32,000 nucleotides of DNA from Thermodesulfobacterium commune DSM 2178 (GCF_000734015.1 NZ_CP008796.1:180001-212000), one strand, 5' to 3'; positions 1-8,753 are shown, numbered from the stretch's first letter. Numbers and translations are program-made. Notes: a model not told the origin generated them from the letters alone.

Positions 1-1
1 A

Positions 2-1879
2 GAAGGGGCTTATTCAGCCCAAAAATATATCAAAGAATTGCCCTATTTTCTTGACCTTGCCAAAAATCAGACAGGAAATCAATTTACAGGGTTTTTCTAT
101 ATATGGATTAAAAATCCTCAAGGTCAGATTACTCCTGTAAAAGTATCGGTTGAAGGGTTATCTGTAAACGCTACCCTTGATGATTTAGCAAATATGATCA
201 ATGTTTCCCTTCAACAAGCAGGTTTTTATGACCCTTCAGACCCAAATGCTACATATCTTAAGGTTTTGGTAAGAGGAGGGAAACTTGTCTTTCAGGCTAA
301 AGACGGCTATGCTTTTGCCTTTTCAAACGATACCTCAGGGATTCTTCTTTCTACGGGGATAAATCTCTTTTTTGTAGGAACAGACCCAGAAGATTTTTCT
401 GTAAACAATGCTCTTGTGCTAAAGCCAGAGTTAATTGCCTCAGGTAAGATGGACTTAAACGCCTTAAGAACAGAAAATTCTCTTTTTAAAACCTATAAGA
501 GTGTTTCCACAGTTAACCCTTTTCAAACTTTTGATAATAGCTTAAGTAAAATTTATCTTAGGTTTTATGATGATAAGGTCAATCAGGTGCCTTTGTTTGA
601 CCAAAACCCTTATAACGAGAAGGTTTTCTTTGTGTTAGGAGGTAATGTTTCTGAAAATACCAAATTGACAGACCTTGGGTTTTCTGACGGAACTATCATA
701 AACTACGGAGGAACTCTTTATGATGGAACAGCAGTAGCCGGTACTTTTACGGTCAATCCTTTTAACACGGTAAAAGACCTTATGGAAGGCATTAGAGCTA
801 CCTACAACTATACGGTAGAGGTTTATATAAAAGACGGGATGTTATGTATAGAAAATAAAACTGCAGGCGATAGTCAGTTAACCTTTAATTCTGTTGAGTT
901 AACTCAGAATAGTTATTTTGGCCCTAACTATAGATGGAACGTTACCCCTTCTCAAGAGTATTTTGTAGAGATTCCTGTGGCCACAAACGAAGTCCTCTCT
1001 TCTATCCTTGCTAAAATAGACAGACTTCCTTATCTAAGAGCTTACGTTGATGCAGAAAATAAAGCGGTTTTAGGGCTTGAGGCTACCCAGACCAGAGCTT
1101 ATGCCTTTGAAATAGGAGACAACAGTAACAACGTAAACGGGTTTATAGATTTTTTGAGCGCTCAACAGATGTATATTCCTTCTTTTAGAGGAGACCCAGA
1201 TGTGGCTACCCTTAGGGTAACGACAGGTTTTGAAGACTTTGATTTAGATCCTATAGACGAGGACTATCTTTCATTTTATCTTTTTGATAAGAAAGGGAGT
1301 TACTTAGATACCTTCAGGGTAAGGCTTGATGATGGAAAGACTATTTTAGACGTGATCAAAGAGATCAATTCCCCTCAAAATGCAAAGTATGGTCTTTCTG
1401 CAAGGCTTGATAGGTCTGGAAAACTAATAATAGAAACTACCGGACTATATCAAACGGCAACTTTTGTAGTCCAAGATGAGTTCTATGATGGAATCAACTA
1501 TACCCAAACTAAATATGATCAAGGGTTTATAAATGCTCTTAAGGGTTATGAGTTTAAGAGAGGGGATAACCGCACAGCTCAGGCTATAGCTGACCTTTCT
1601 TCTGTTACCAGAAAAGATTTAAATTATGCTACCCTTGAGGACTATTACTCAAGTTTGGTAGGAGAGGTGGGGTCTGCTACCAAGGCTGTAAAAGATAACA
1701 AAAACTTTTTAGAGACGTTAATTTCTCAGATAAAGGCGATAAAAGATAGCATTTCAGGAGTTTCTTTAGACGAAGAGATGACCAATCTTATCAAATATCA
1801 GCAAGCCTTTGCTGCGGCTGCAAAAATTTTAACCTCAGTAGAAGATATGTTAGAAACCCTTATCAACGCAAAACGTTAA
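2..1879 (+). CDS. flgK: Flagellar hook-associated protein 1 (FlgK), 5'-truncated by the window edge
   Basis: The frame is open from nt 2, with no stop upstream of the TTG at 38, so the N-terminus lies outside the window. The C-terminal LDEEMTNLIKYQQAFAAAAKILTSVEDMLETLIN is the conserved FlgK-type C-terminal helix motif. flgL follows directly. Confidence 0.85.
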   Translation, partial: EGAYSAQKYIKELPYFLDLAKNQTGNQFTGFFYIWIKNPQGQITPVKVSVEGLSVNATLDDLANMINVSLQQAGFYDPSDPNATYLKVLVRGGKLVFQAKDGYAFAFSNDTSGILLSTGINLFFVGTDPEDFSVNNALVLKPELIASGKMDLNALRTENSLFKTYKSVSTVNPFQTFDNSLSKIYLRFYDDKVNQVPLFDQNPYNEKVFFVLGGNVSENTKLTDLGFSDGTIINYGGTLYDGTAVAGTFTVNPFNTVKDLMEGIRATYNYTVEVYIKDGMLCIENKTAGDSQLTFNSVELTQNSYFGPNYRWNVTPSQEYFVEIPVATNEVLSSILAKIDRLPYLRAYVDAENKAVLGLEATQTRAYAFEIGDNSNNVNGFIDFLSAQQMYIPSFRGDPDVATLRVTTGFEDFDLDPIDEDYLSFYLFDKKGSYLDTFRVRLDDGKTILDVIKEINSPQNAKYGLSARLDRSGKLIIETTGLYQTATFVVQDEFYDGINYTQTKYDQGFINALKGYEFKRGDNRTAQAIADLSSVTRKDLNYATLEDYYSSLVGEVGSATKAVKDNKNFLETLISQIKAIKDSISGVSLDEEMTNLIKYQQAFAAAAKILTSVEDMLETLINAKR

Positions 1880-1896
1880 TATAAGAGGGTAAGACC

Positions 1897-2838
1897 ATGA
1901 GAATAGGTTTTAACACCAAATATAATAGTGTACTTACAGACCTAAACCGACTTTCTTCTGACTTAAACCTCACCCAACTTAAGATCTCTTCAGGTAAAAA
2001 TTTTATCAGACCTTCAGATAATCCCTCAGACGTGGTTATTTCTCTTAATTATAAACAAGGAATTAATAAGATCGAGAAGTATCAAAAGGCTATCGATGAC
2101 GGACTGGCCTTTTTAAAAGCTCAGGAGTCAACCTTAGGGAATGTAGAAGACTTGGTGGCAAGGGCAAAGGTGCTTGCTATCCAGGCTGCAAACGCCACCC
2201 AAGATATCAACGCAAGAAAAGCTACCGCAGAGGAAATAGATAAGATCATCCAGTCAGTTTTAGCCTTGGCAAATTCTCAGTTAGGAGAGAAATACCTATT
2301 TGCAGGGCAAAAAACCAGCGGTTTTGCTCCAGGTACTTTTCCTTTTGAACTAACCAAAGAAACCCTTCCTGATGGTCAGGTAATCGAGAAGGTAGTTTAT
2401 AACGGTTCAGTAGAAGATTTTTCCATAAGCTATGATAAAGGTATGCAGATAAAATTGGGAGAAAACGGACAAAAAGTTTTTATGGATTCAGGGATTTTTG
2501 AGACCCTTATAGGGTTAAAAAGACTACTTTTAACCGATAACCAGATAGACTATCAGCAGGAAAGATATAACATTCAACAATTTATAGGGAAACTTGATGA
2601 GGTCTACAACCATATAGCAGAAAAAAGAAGTTTGATAGGGGCTCAAATATCTCATCTTGAGACTAAAAAAGAACTTTATACAGATTTTAAACAGACTTTG
2701 GAGAATAATCTTGGGTCTCTTGAAAGTGCAGATTTGGCAGAGCTTGCTACCAAGATGCAGATGCTTTCTATAGCTTATGATGCAGCCCTTAAAGCTACAG
2801 CTATGGTAAGTGGAATGAGTTTAGTGAAGTATGTCTAA
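1897..2838 (+). CDS. flgL: Flagellar hook-associated protein 3 (FlgL), flagellin-like N and C termini
   Basis: 313 aa. The N-terminal helical region (RLSSDLNLTQLKISSGKNFIRPSDNP) and the C-terminal region (DLAELATKMQMLSIAYDAALKATAMV) are both flagellin-like. It lies 17 nt after flgK with AGAGGG upstream of the ATG. Confidence 0.85.
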   Translation: MRIGFNTKYNSVLTDLNRLSSDLNLTQLKISSGKNFIRPSDNPSDVVISLNYKQGINKIEKYQKAIDDGLAFLKAQESTLGNVEDLVARAKVLAIQAANATQDINARKATAEEIDKIIQSVLALANSQLGEKYLFAGQKTSGFAPGTFPFELTKETLPDGQVIEKVVYNGSVEDFSISYDKGMQIKLGENGQKVFMDSGIFETLIGLKRLLLTDNQIDYQQERYNIQQFIGKLDEVYNHIAEKRSLIGAQISHLETKKELYTDFKQTLENNLGSLESADLAELATKMQMLSIAYDAALKATAMVSGMSLVKYV

Positions 2839-4085
2839 AGTTTACTCCAGGTAGGAAAGAGAAAATTTTTTCCTGAGATGTAGACCTGAGATAGATGAGA
2901 GGGCAGGTGGATAAGGTATATACCATGCCCTTGAGGACCTTCTCCAGAGGCAAGGAGATAGTCTCCTGTAGGTGAGAAGGCTGGGTCTTCTAAACGGCCT
3001 TTGAAGGCAAATTTATCTTCCTTTCCAGTGGTAAGGTCTTGTAAAACTAAATAGGTTAGGCCCCCGCCTCTTGACAAATAAAGGACTTTATCTCCTTTTG
3101 GTGAGAACCTGGGAGAGGTATTGTAAGCCCTTATTTTGGAAATTTTTTTTGTCTGTTTGGTTTCTAAGTCAAAAAGATTGATAGTAGGTTTTCCTGTCCT
3201 TCTATCATGTACATAAAGAAGTTTTTGTCCATCCTGTGATAAGTCTCCTACCTGATAAACCCCTTCTCCTTTTAAGATAGGTTCGAGGGTCTGATTTTCT
3301 AAGCTAAATCTATAAATTCCTATTTCTGCTTGATCTTCTATGGTTAAGAAAAGAGCCTTTTCATCAGGACTCCATACAGGAGTAGAACTTATACCTTTTA
3401 TGTTAAAGGCCTTTTTTTCTCCGGTTTTAAGGTCTAAAATTTCTAAGAAGTAGAGCTGTTTTTCATATACTAAATAAGCTAACTTTTGACCAGAAGGAGA
3501 AAACTTAGGGAAGAGAATAAGAGGGGCTGATCTCAATTCCTTAGGGTTTTCTTTAGAGAAGTCTGCAAGGTATAGACGGTCTTTTCCTAAAACTCTTTTT
3601 ACAAAAGCTACTTTAGAGTAGGCTATTCCTTTATGGTGAGAGAGGTCTTCGATTATTTTATCTGTAAGGACATAGATAAGTCTTTCTGGTTGGGAGGGAG
3701 AACTTTTTAGGTGGTATTCGCCTATGATCCTTTTTTCAAGAAGGTCTTCAAGTTGCCCTTTAAAGGTGATCTCCGATGAGGTTAGGCTAAAACTTCCGGT
3801 TAGGTAATATTCTTTAGAGATAGGCTGAGAAAAAGGAGGGTTAGGGGTTGCTAAGACAAAAAGATGTAGGTTTATCATCTTTCTTAAAAGGGAGGTTAAT
3901 TTGGCAGAAACCGAAGGGTCTCCCTTAAAATCAGGAACCCTGACTAAAATTTTCCCAAAGGTTTGACTTTCAACAGTAATGAGAGGAAGACCTTCAGAGG
4001 GTTCAGTAGCTTTAGCAGGTAAAGCTCCTGCTAAAGCTAAGAGAATAGATATAGATAAGAATATCCAGATACCCTTAAACTTCAT
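2835..4085 (-). CDS. TolB-like periplasmic beta-propeller protein with signal peptide
   Basis: It has an N-terminal signal peptide (MKFKGIWIFLSISILLALAGALPAKA). A TolB_N-like segment is followed by repeated propeller-blade motifs (PVWSPDEKALFL, PRFSPKGDKVLYL, PAFSPTGDYLLAS, FSPSGQKLAYL). No tolQRA or pal gene is adjacent. Confidence 0.7.
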   Translation of the reverse strand: MKFKGIWIFLSISILLALAGALPAKATEPSEGLPLITVESQTFGKILVRVPDFKGDPSVSAKLTSLLRKMINLHLFVLATPNPPFSQPISKEYYLTGSFSLTSSEITFKGQLEDLLEKRIIGEYHLKSSPSQPERLIYVLTDKIIEDLSHHKGIAYSKVAFVKRVLGKDRLYLADFSKENPKELRSAPLILFPKFSPSGQKLAYLVYEKQLYFLEILDLKTGEKKAFNIKGISSTPVWSPDEKALFLTIEDQAEIGIYRFSLENQTLEPILKGEGVYQVGDLSQDGQKLLYVHDRRTGKPTINLFDLETKQTKKISKIRAYNTSPRFSPKGDKVLYLSRGGGLTYLVLQDLTTGKEDKFAFKGRLEDPAFSPTGDYLLASGEGPQGHGIYLIHLPSHLSQVYISGKNFLFPTWSKL

Positions 4086-5877
4086 AGGAACCGTTTTCCA
4101 TCTTCACCACATCTTCGAACTTTATATCCATCCCTAATATTCCTATTATTTCTTCGTATTTATTTCTTATAGGAATAGAAAGAGTGATACAAAGATTACC
4201 TGTAATTCTAGAAGTATAAAACTTAGAAGTATAGGTTTTACCTGTCTTCATCGGCACCTTAAACCACTCTCTGTTTTCAAAAGTTTCTGTTTTAAGAAGT
4301 TCTTCGAACTTGTGGAGGTATTCGATATCGTTGGTCAACCCCACCACGGGTTTCCCCTCTGCGTCAACTATGTAAATAAATTGAACGTATGGATGTTCTT
4401 CCAAAAATTTTTTGAGCACAGGCCTTATTTTGGTTGCTTTAAGGGTAGACATTTCTTTTTCTTGAGAGAGGTCTTCGATGTAATGAGACATAAGTTTTAT
4501 GACATAGTCCCTTAGATGATCAAGCTCAGATACAAAGAGTTCAGGGAGATATTTTTTGGTGTAAGTCAACATTTCCTCGTTAGAAATAGGGGTAACTCTT
4601 CCTTTTTCATATTCTTCGATGATTTTTTTGTAGATTTTAGCCACCCCTGGATGTCTTTTATCAATCTGTTTTTCTCCTTTAAGCCCAAAGTGCATGTTAA
4701 TCCAATAGGCAATTCCAGCGGTTCCACTTTTATCAGTGATGATGATCTGTATAGGTCTTTTTAATACACGGAGGGTATCAAAAGAATTGTAAATTTCTTC
4801 ATTTTTTATCAAACCATCTATGTGGATTCCTGCTTTGGTAGCGTTAAATTCTTCTCCCACCAAAGGCTGTCTGGGAGGTATTTTTTCATGAAGTTCGGTT
4901 TTATAGTAATTTACGATATCAGTTATGACAGAAACATCCATACCATCAGCTGTACCCTTTAAAGCAATATATTCAAACACCATCGCCTCAAGAGGGGTGT
5001 TACCTGTGCGTTCCCCTATACCAAGAAGGGAAGTGTTAACATAGGTGCATCCGTAAAGCCAGGCAACTGTTGCATTTATTACCCCTTTATAGAAGTCGTT
5101 ATGGCCATGCCACTCAAGAAGTTCTTCAGGAACCCCAGCTTCTTCTATCAAAGCCCTGATAAGCTTAGGTACACTTACAGGAAGAGCTGCCTCAGAATAA
5201 GGCACACCCAATCCTAAGGTATCACAAAGTCTGATTTTAACGTCTATACCACTTTCTTCTCTAAGTTTCATAAGCTCTATGGCAAAGGGTATCACAAACC
5301 CATAAATATCAGCCCTGGTTATGTCTTCAAAATGACACCTTGGGCGAATTCCTAACGAAAGGGCTTCTTTTACGATAGCTAGATAATCCTCTAAAGCCTG
5401 TTTTCTTGTTTTTTTGAGTTTTAAAAAGATATGATAGTCAGAACAGGAGGTAAGAATACCTGTTTCCTTAAGTCCAGCCTCTTTTACTAATTTTAGGTCG
5501 TTTTTGTTAGCCCTTATCCATCCTGTAATTTCAGGATACTGGTATCCTAAGCCTAAACATCTTTCTAAAGCCTCTCGATCTTTTGGGGTATAAAGAAAAA
5601 ATTCAGTTTTCCTTATTATCCCTTTAGGCCCACTAAGTTTGTGTAAAAACTTATAAAGGGTTTCTATCTGTTCTGGAGTGTAAGGAACTCTGGCTTGTTG
5701 CCCATCTCTAAAAGTGGTGTCTGTGATGTAGAAATTTTTAGCAGGTTGAGGGGGTATGTATTTTCCGTCAAAGAAAATTCTTGGTGGTTCTATGTAAGGA
5801 AAAAATTCTTTAAAAAGATTAGGTGTCTCTACATCTTTTAAAGTATAGATATCTTTGCGAGGTTTTAATTTTAGCAT
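4075..5877 (-). CDS. DRE-TIM metallolyase (Re-citrate / homocitrate / 2-isopropylmalate synthase family) fused to a C-terminal Cache/PAS-like ligand-binding domain
   Basis: The substrate and metal motif is TDTTFRDGQQA (res 52-62) and the HxH metal motif is EWHGHNDFYKGVINA (res 255-269). Residues about 455-595 follow a Cache-type pattern (REWFKVPMKTGKTYTSKFYTSRITGNLCITLSIPIRNKYEEIIGILGMDIKFEDV). F/Q substitutions in the DTT(L)RDG(E)Q motif match my recollection of the Re-citrate synthase subgroup. Substrate cannot be assigned without an alignment. Confidence 0.8.
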   Translation of the reverse strand: MLKLKPRKDIYTLKDVETPNLFKEFFPYIEPPRIFFDGKYIPPQPAKNFYITDTTFRDGQQARVPYTPEQIETLYKFLHKLSGPKGIIRKTEFFLYTPKDREALERCLGLGYQYPEITGWIRANKNDLKLVKEAGLKETGILTSCSDYHIFLKLKKTRKQALEDYLAIVKEALSLGIRPRCHFEDITRADIYGFVIPFAIELMKLREESGIDVKIRLCDTLGLGVPYSEAALPVSVPKLIRALIEEAGVPEELLEWHGHNDFYKGVINATVAWLYGCTYVNTSLLGIGERTGNTPLEAMVFEYIALKGTADGMDVSVITDIVNYYKTELHEKIPPRQPLVGEEFNATKAGIHIDGLIKNEEIYNSFDTLRVLKRPIQIIITDKSGTAGIAYWINMHFGLKGEKQIDKRHPGVAKIYKKIIEEYEKGRVTPISNEEMLTYTKKYLPELFVSELDHLRDYVIKLMSHYIEDLSQEKEMSTLKATKIRPVLKKFLEEHPYVQFIYIVDAEGKPVVGLTNDIEYLHKFEELLKTETFENREWFKVPMKTGKTYTSKFYTSRITGNLCITLSIPIRNKYEEIIGILGMDIKFEDVVKMENGSYEV

Positions 5878-5896
5878 GGTTCTTTCCCTTTTTATA

Positions 5897-5995
5897 CCAA
5901 GAGGTAAGAGTTTACCTCTTGGACTGGGGGTATTTGTATCCCGCCTTTTATTCAGGTAAGGGTTTTCCCCCAGCAGGCGGCATTTACCCTTACCT
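5897..5995 (-). promoter_or_regulatory. Structured GC-rich 5' leader of the synthase-Cache gene (two strong hairpins plus pseudoknot potential); candidate cis-regulatory RNA
   Basis: There is a 10-bp stem, 5954-5963 AGGTAAGGGT with 5986-5995 ACCCTTACCT, enclosing a 22-nt loop. Loop CCCCCAG 5967-5973 is complementary to CTGGGGG 5924-5930. An 11-bp perfect stem pairs 5897-5907 CCAAGAGGTAA with 5912-5922 TTACCTCTTGG around a 4-nt loop. The element ends 19 nt upstream of the ATG at 5877 on the - strand. Confidence 0.5.
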
Positions 5996-6093
5996 AAAAG
6001 ATAACATATAGTAAATTTAAAAGGAATTAGCTAAAAATCAAGTTCTATGTTATCATTCATTAAAAAATTTAGACTATTTAGCTTAAAAAAGGG

Positions 6094-6124
6094 TTGACAA
6101 AACAATTTTTAGTAGGATTATTAT
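6094..6124 (+). promoter_or_regulatory. Putative sigma-70-type promoter for the aminotransferase-selA... run
   Basis: TTGACA sits at 6094-6099, within GGGTTGACA as in the ppaC promoter. AT-rich -10 candidates are ATTATT at 6117-6122 (17-nt spacer) and TATTAT at 6119-6124. The ORF-track TTG start at 6094 is this -35 hexamer. Confidence 0.45.
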
Positions 6125-6165
6125 TTTCTAATATGTACCTAACTATAAATAAATTGGTAGAAGAA

Positions 6166-7368
6166 ATGAGCAAAGAATTTAAGATCATCCCTGCTGAAAG
6201 GACTTTTGGGGTAGAATATGCGATAAGAGATATCGTTGAAGCCTCTCAGGAGGCTAAAAAAGCAGGAAAAGACCTTATCTGCCTTAACATAGGAGACCCT
6301 GTTAAGTATGGTTTTAAAACACCAGAACATATCATTAAAGCCGCTTGCGAAGCCCTTTTAAATAATCTTAACTCTTATTCAGAATCTACCGGCATATCTG
6401 AAGCTATAGAAGCTATAAAAGGCTATGCCCTTAAAAAAGGGATTCAACCTGTTGATATTTATATTACTCAAGGGGCATCTGAGGCCATAGAGTTTGCCAT
6501 TTCTGCCTTGGCTAATCCTGGGGATAACATTCTTCTCCCTTCTCCTTGTTATCCTCTCTATCAGGCTATAGTTGCCAAATTTCAGATTGAGCCAAGATTT
6601 TATTATCTTGATGAAGAAAAAGACTGGGAAATAGATATAGACTCGATAGAACCGCTTATAGATGATAAAACCAAGGCCATAGTAATCATCAACCCTAACA
6701 ACCCCACCGGAGCTGTTTATTCTAAGAAAACTTTGGAAAAAATTTTAGAAATAGCAGAGGAATACCATCTTGTAGTACTTTCTGACGAGATTTATGATCA
6801 ATTTATTTTGGAAGAAGGATTAGAGCATGTTTCGATCGCAGCTTTAACCGATAAAGTTCCTGTCTTAACCTTTAACGGTCTTTCTAAAAATTACTTTGCT
6901 CCTGGTTTTAGGATAGGCTGGGGGATAGTTTCTGGTCCAGAGGAAATGCTGAAAGATTATATAGATGCTATTCATAAGCTTGCCCGCACTAGACTTTGTG
7001 CTTCTCATCCTCTCCAGTTTGCCATTCCTGCTGCCCTTAATCAAGAAAATGTTTACATAAAGCAGGTGATACCTCAACTTAAAAAGAGAAGAGACCTCTT
7101 GGTAGATGGAATAAACAGTATTCCTTGTCTTTCTTGTGTAAAACCTAAGGGTGCTTTTTATGCTTTTCCTAAGTTTGAGATCCCAGGAATCGAAGATTTG
7201 GATTTTGTGAAAAGATTGATCTTAGAAGAAGGTGTGGTAGTAGTACATGGAAGTGGGTTTGGTCAAAAACCTAACACTAAACATTTTCGTATCATCTTTC
7301 TTCCTGAAGAAGCAGTAATTTTAAAGGCATTAGAACGGATAGAAAGGTTTGTGAAGAAGTTTCTTTAG
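6166..7368 (+). CDS. Class I/II PLP-dependent aminotransferase (alanine/aspartate aminotransferase-like)
   Basis: Motifs include NPNNPTG, and SKNYFAPGFRIGW containing the PLP lysine. N-terminal MSKEFKIIPAERTFGVEYAIRDI aligns with the start of archaeal/thermophile AlaAT-type enzymes. I therefore prefer the ATG at 6166 over the TTG at 6094 (the -35 box); ATG 6133 is not excluded. Confidence 0.85.
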   Translation: MSKEFKIIPAERTFGVEYAIRDIVEASQEAKKAGKDLICLNIGDPVKYGFKTPEHIIKAACEALLNNLNSYSESTGISEAIEAIKGYALKKGIQPVDIYITQGASEAIEFAISALANPGDNILLPSPCYPLYQAIVAKFQIEPRFYYLDEEKDWEIDIDSIEPLIDDKTKAIVIINPNNPTGAVYSKKTLEKILEIAEEYHLVVLSDEIYDQFILEEGLEHVSIAALTDKVPVLTFNGLSKNYFAPGFRIGWGIVSGPEEMLKDYIDAIHKLARTRLCASHPLQFAIPAALNQENVYIKQVIPQLKKRRDLLVDGINSIPCLSCVKPKGAFYAFPKFEIPGIEDLDFVKRLILEEGVVVVHGSGFGQKPNTKHFRIIFLPEEAVILKALERIERFVKKFL

Positions 7369-7370
7369 AC

Positions 7371-8753
7371 ATGAGGATTCCTTCTGTCAACGAAGTCAAG
7401 CAATGTTTAGCTCATCTTTATCCACAATATCCGTTGAGTTATTTTACTGAACCTGCTCGAAGGGTTACCGCTCTTATAAGGGAAAAATGGCAAAAAGGGG
7501 AACTAAAAGACCTTACTGAAGAAAGGTTGATAGACTTAGCCAAGCAGGTTTTTGAAGCTTATGAAAGACCTTCTTTGCAAAGGGTGATAAACGCTACCGG
7601 GGTAGTCATACATACCAACTTAGGACGAGCGCCTTTAGCCGAAAAGGCTATTCAAGAAATAGTAAAGGTTGCAAGATTTTATAGTAATTTAGAGTTTAAT
7701 TTAGAAGAAGGGAAAAGAGGAAACAGATATGTCCATGTAGAAGAACTTCTTAAAGAGATTACAGGAGCTGAAGGTGCACTGGTAGTAAATAATAACGCTT
7801 CTGCCGTGCTGATTGCACTTAATACGTTAGCTTTTGGAAAAGAGGTTATCGTTTCGAGAGGAGAGCTGGTAGAGATCGGTGGGTCTTTTAGAGTGCCTGA
7901 TGTGATGAAGTGGTCTGGTTGTATCTTGCGAGAAGTAGGAACCACCAATAAGACCCATCTTTATGACTATGAGAGGGCGATAAACGAAAATACCGGACTA
8001 CTACTTAAGGTTCACAAAAGTAATTTTGCTATCATAGGGTTTACTAAAGAGGTTAGTTCAGAAGAGTTAGTGGCTTTAGGCAAAAAATATAATCTTCCGG
8101 TGATGGAAGATTTGGGAAGTGGATGTTTGATCGACCTTTCTAAATACGGCTATTCCAAAGAGCCTACGGTTAAAGAGGTATTAGCTGCAGGGGTTGATGT
8201 GGTTACTTTTTCAGGAGATAAACTTTTAGGTGGCCCGCAAGCCGGTATCATTCTTGGAAAAAAAGAGTTTATAGAAAAAATAAGAAAAAATCCTTTAAAC
8301 CGTGCTCTAAGAATAGATAAGTTGACTTTAGCAGGTTTAGAAGCAACTCTAAGACTTTACCGTGATGAAACCTTAGCTATAGAGCATATACCTACGTTAA
8401 AAATGATCCTCACCCCTAAAGAAAAACTAAAAAAATCGTGTTTAAAGCTTGTTAGACAATTAAAAAAGATTGGTTTACAAGGTTTTACTTTTAAAATGAT
8501 CGAAAGTTCAGGAAAAACAGGAGGAGGGTCTTTGCCTTTGTTAGACCTTCCTTCTTTTGTAGTAGGTGTTTATTCAGAGAAGTTTTCTCCTCAAAGGTTG
8601 CAGGAGTTTTTAAGAAAAAATAACCCTCCCATCATTACCAGGATAGAAGAAGATTTTTTGGTGATAGATCCAAGATGTCTTTTTCCAGAAGACTATCCTG
8701 AAATTTTAAGAGCTTTTCAGAGGTTTAAAAATGAGTTTGAGGGTTCCTCCTAA
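7371..8753 (+). CDS. selA: L-seryl-tRNA(Sec) selenium transferase (SelA)
   Basis: SLQRVINATGVVIHTNLGRAPL and FSGDKLLGGPQAGII (PLP lysine) are hallmark SelA motifs. 460 aa. The gene starts 2 nt after the aminotransferase stop. Confidence 0.9.
   Translation: MRIPSVNEVKQCLAHLYPQYPLSYFTEPARRVTALIREKWQKGELKDLTEERLIDLAKQVFEAYERPSLQRVINATGVVIHTNLGRAPLAEKAIQEIVKVARFYSNLEFNLEEGKRGNRYVHVEELLKEITGAEGALVVNNNASAVLIALNTLAFGKEVIVSRGELVEIGGSFRVPDVMKWSGCILREVGTTNKTHLYDYERAINENTGLLLKVHKSNFAIIGFTKEVSSEELVALGKKYNLPVMEDLGSGCLIDLSKYGYSKEPTVKEVLAAGVDVVTFSGDKLLGGPQAGIILGKKEFIEKIRKNPLNRALRIDKLTLAGLEATLRLYRDETLAIEHIPTLKMILTPKEKLKKSCLKLVRQLKKIGLQGFTFKMIESSGKTGGGSLPLLDLPSFVVGVYSEKFSPQRLQEFLRKNNPPIITRIEEDFLVIDPRCLFPEDYPEILRAFQRFKNEFEGSS

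Noticed and set aside
4312-4764. Two + strand ORFs (67 and 82 aa) inside the Cache-like region of the synthase gene
   Set aside because: They are antisense to a continuous 600-aa CDS with recognisable motifs, and have no independent signals.
5823-6011. 62-aa + strand ORF spanning the synthase start and its leader
   Set aside because: It overlaps the - strand start codon and the hairpin region, and has an aromatic-rich nonsense-like sequence. The region is better explained as structured leader RNA.
6001-6054. 8-bp inverted repeat ATAACATA / TATGTTAT separated by 38 nt in the divergent intergenic region, considered as a possible operator
   Set aside because: An 8-mer inverted repeat at arbitrary spacing in roughly 200 nt of AT-rich DNA is expected by chance at appreciable frequency (roughly 0.3 by my estimate). 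The flanks do not extend the symmetry.
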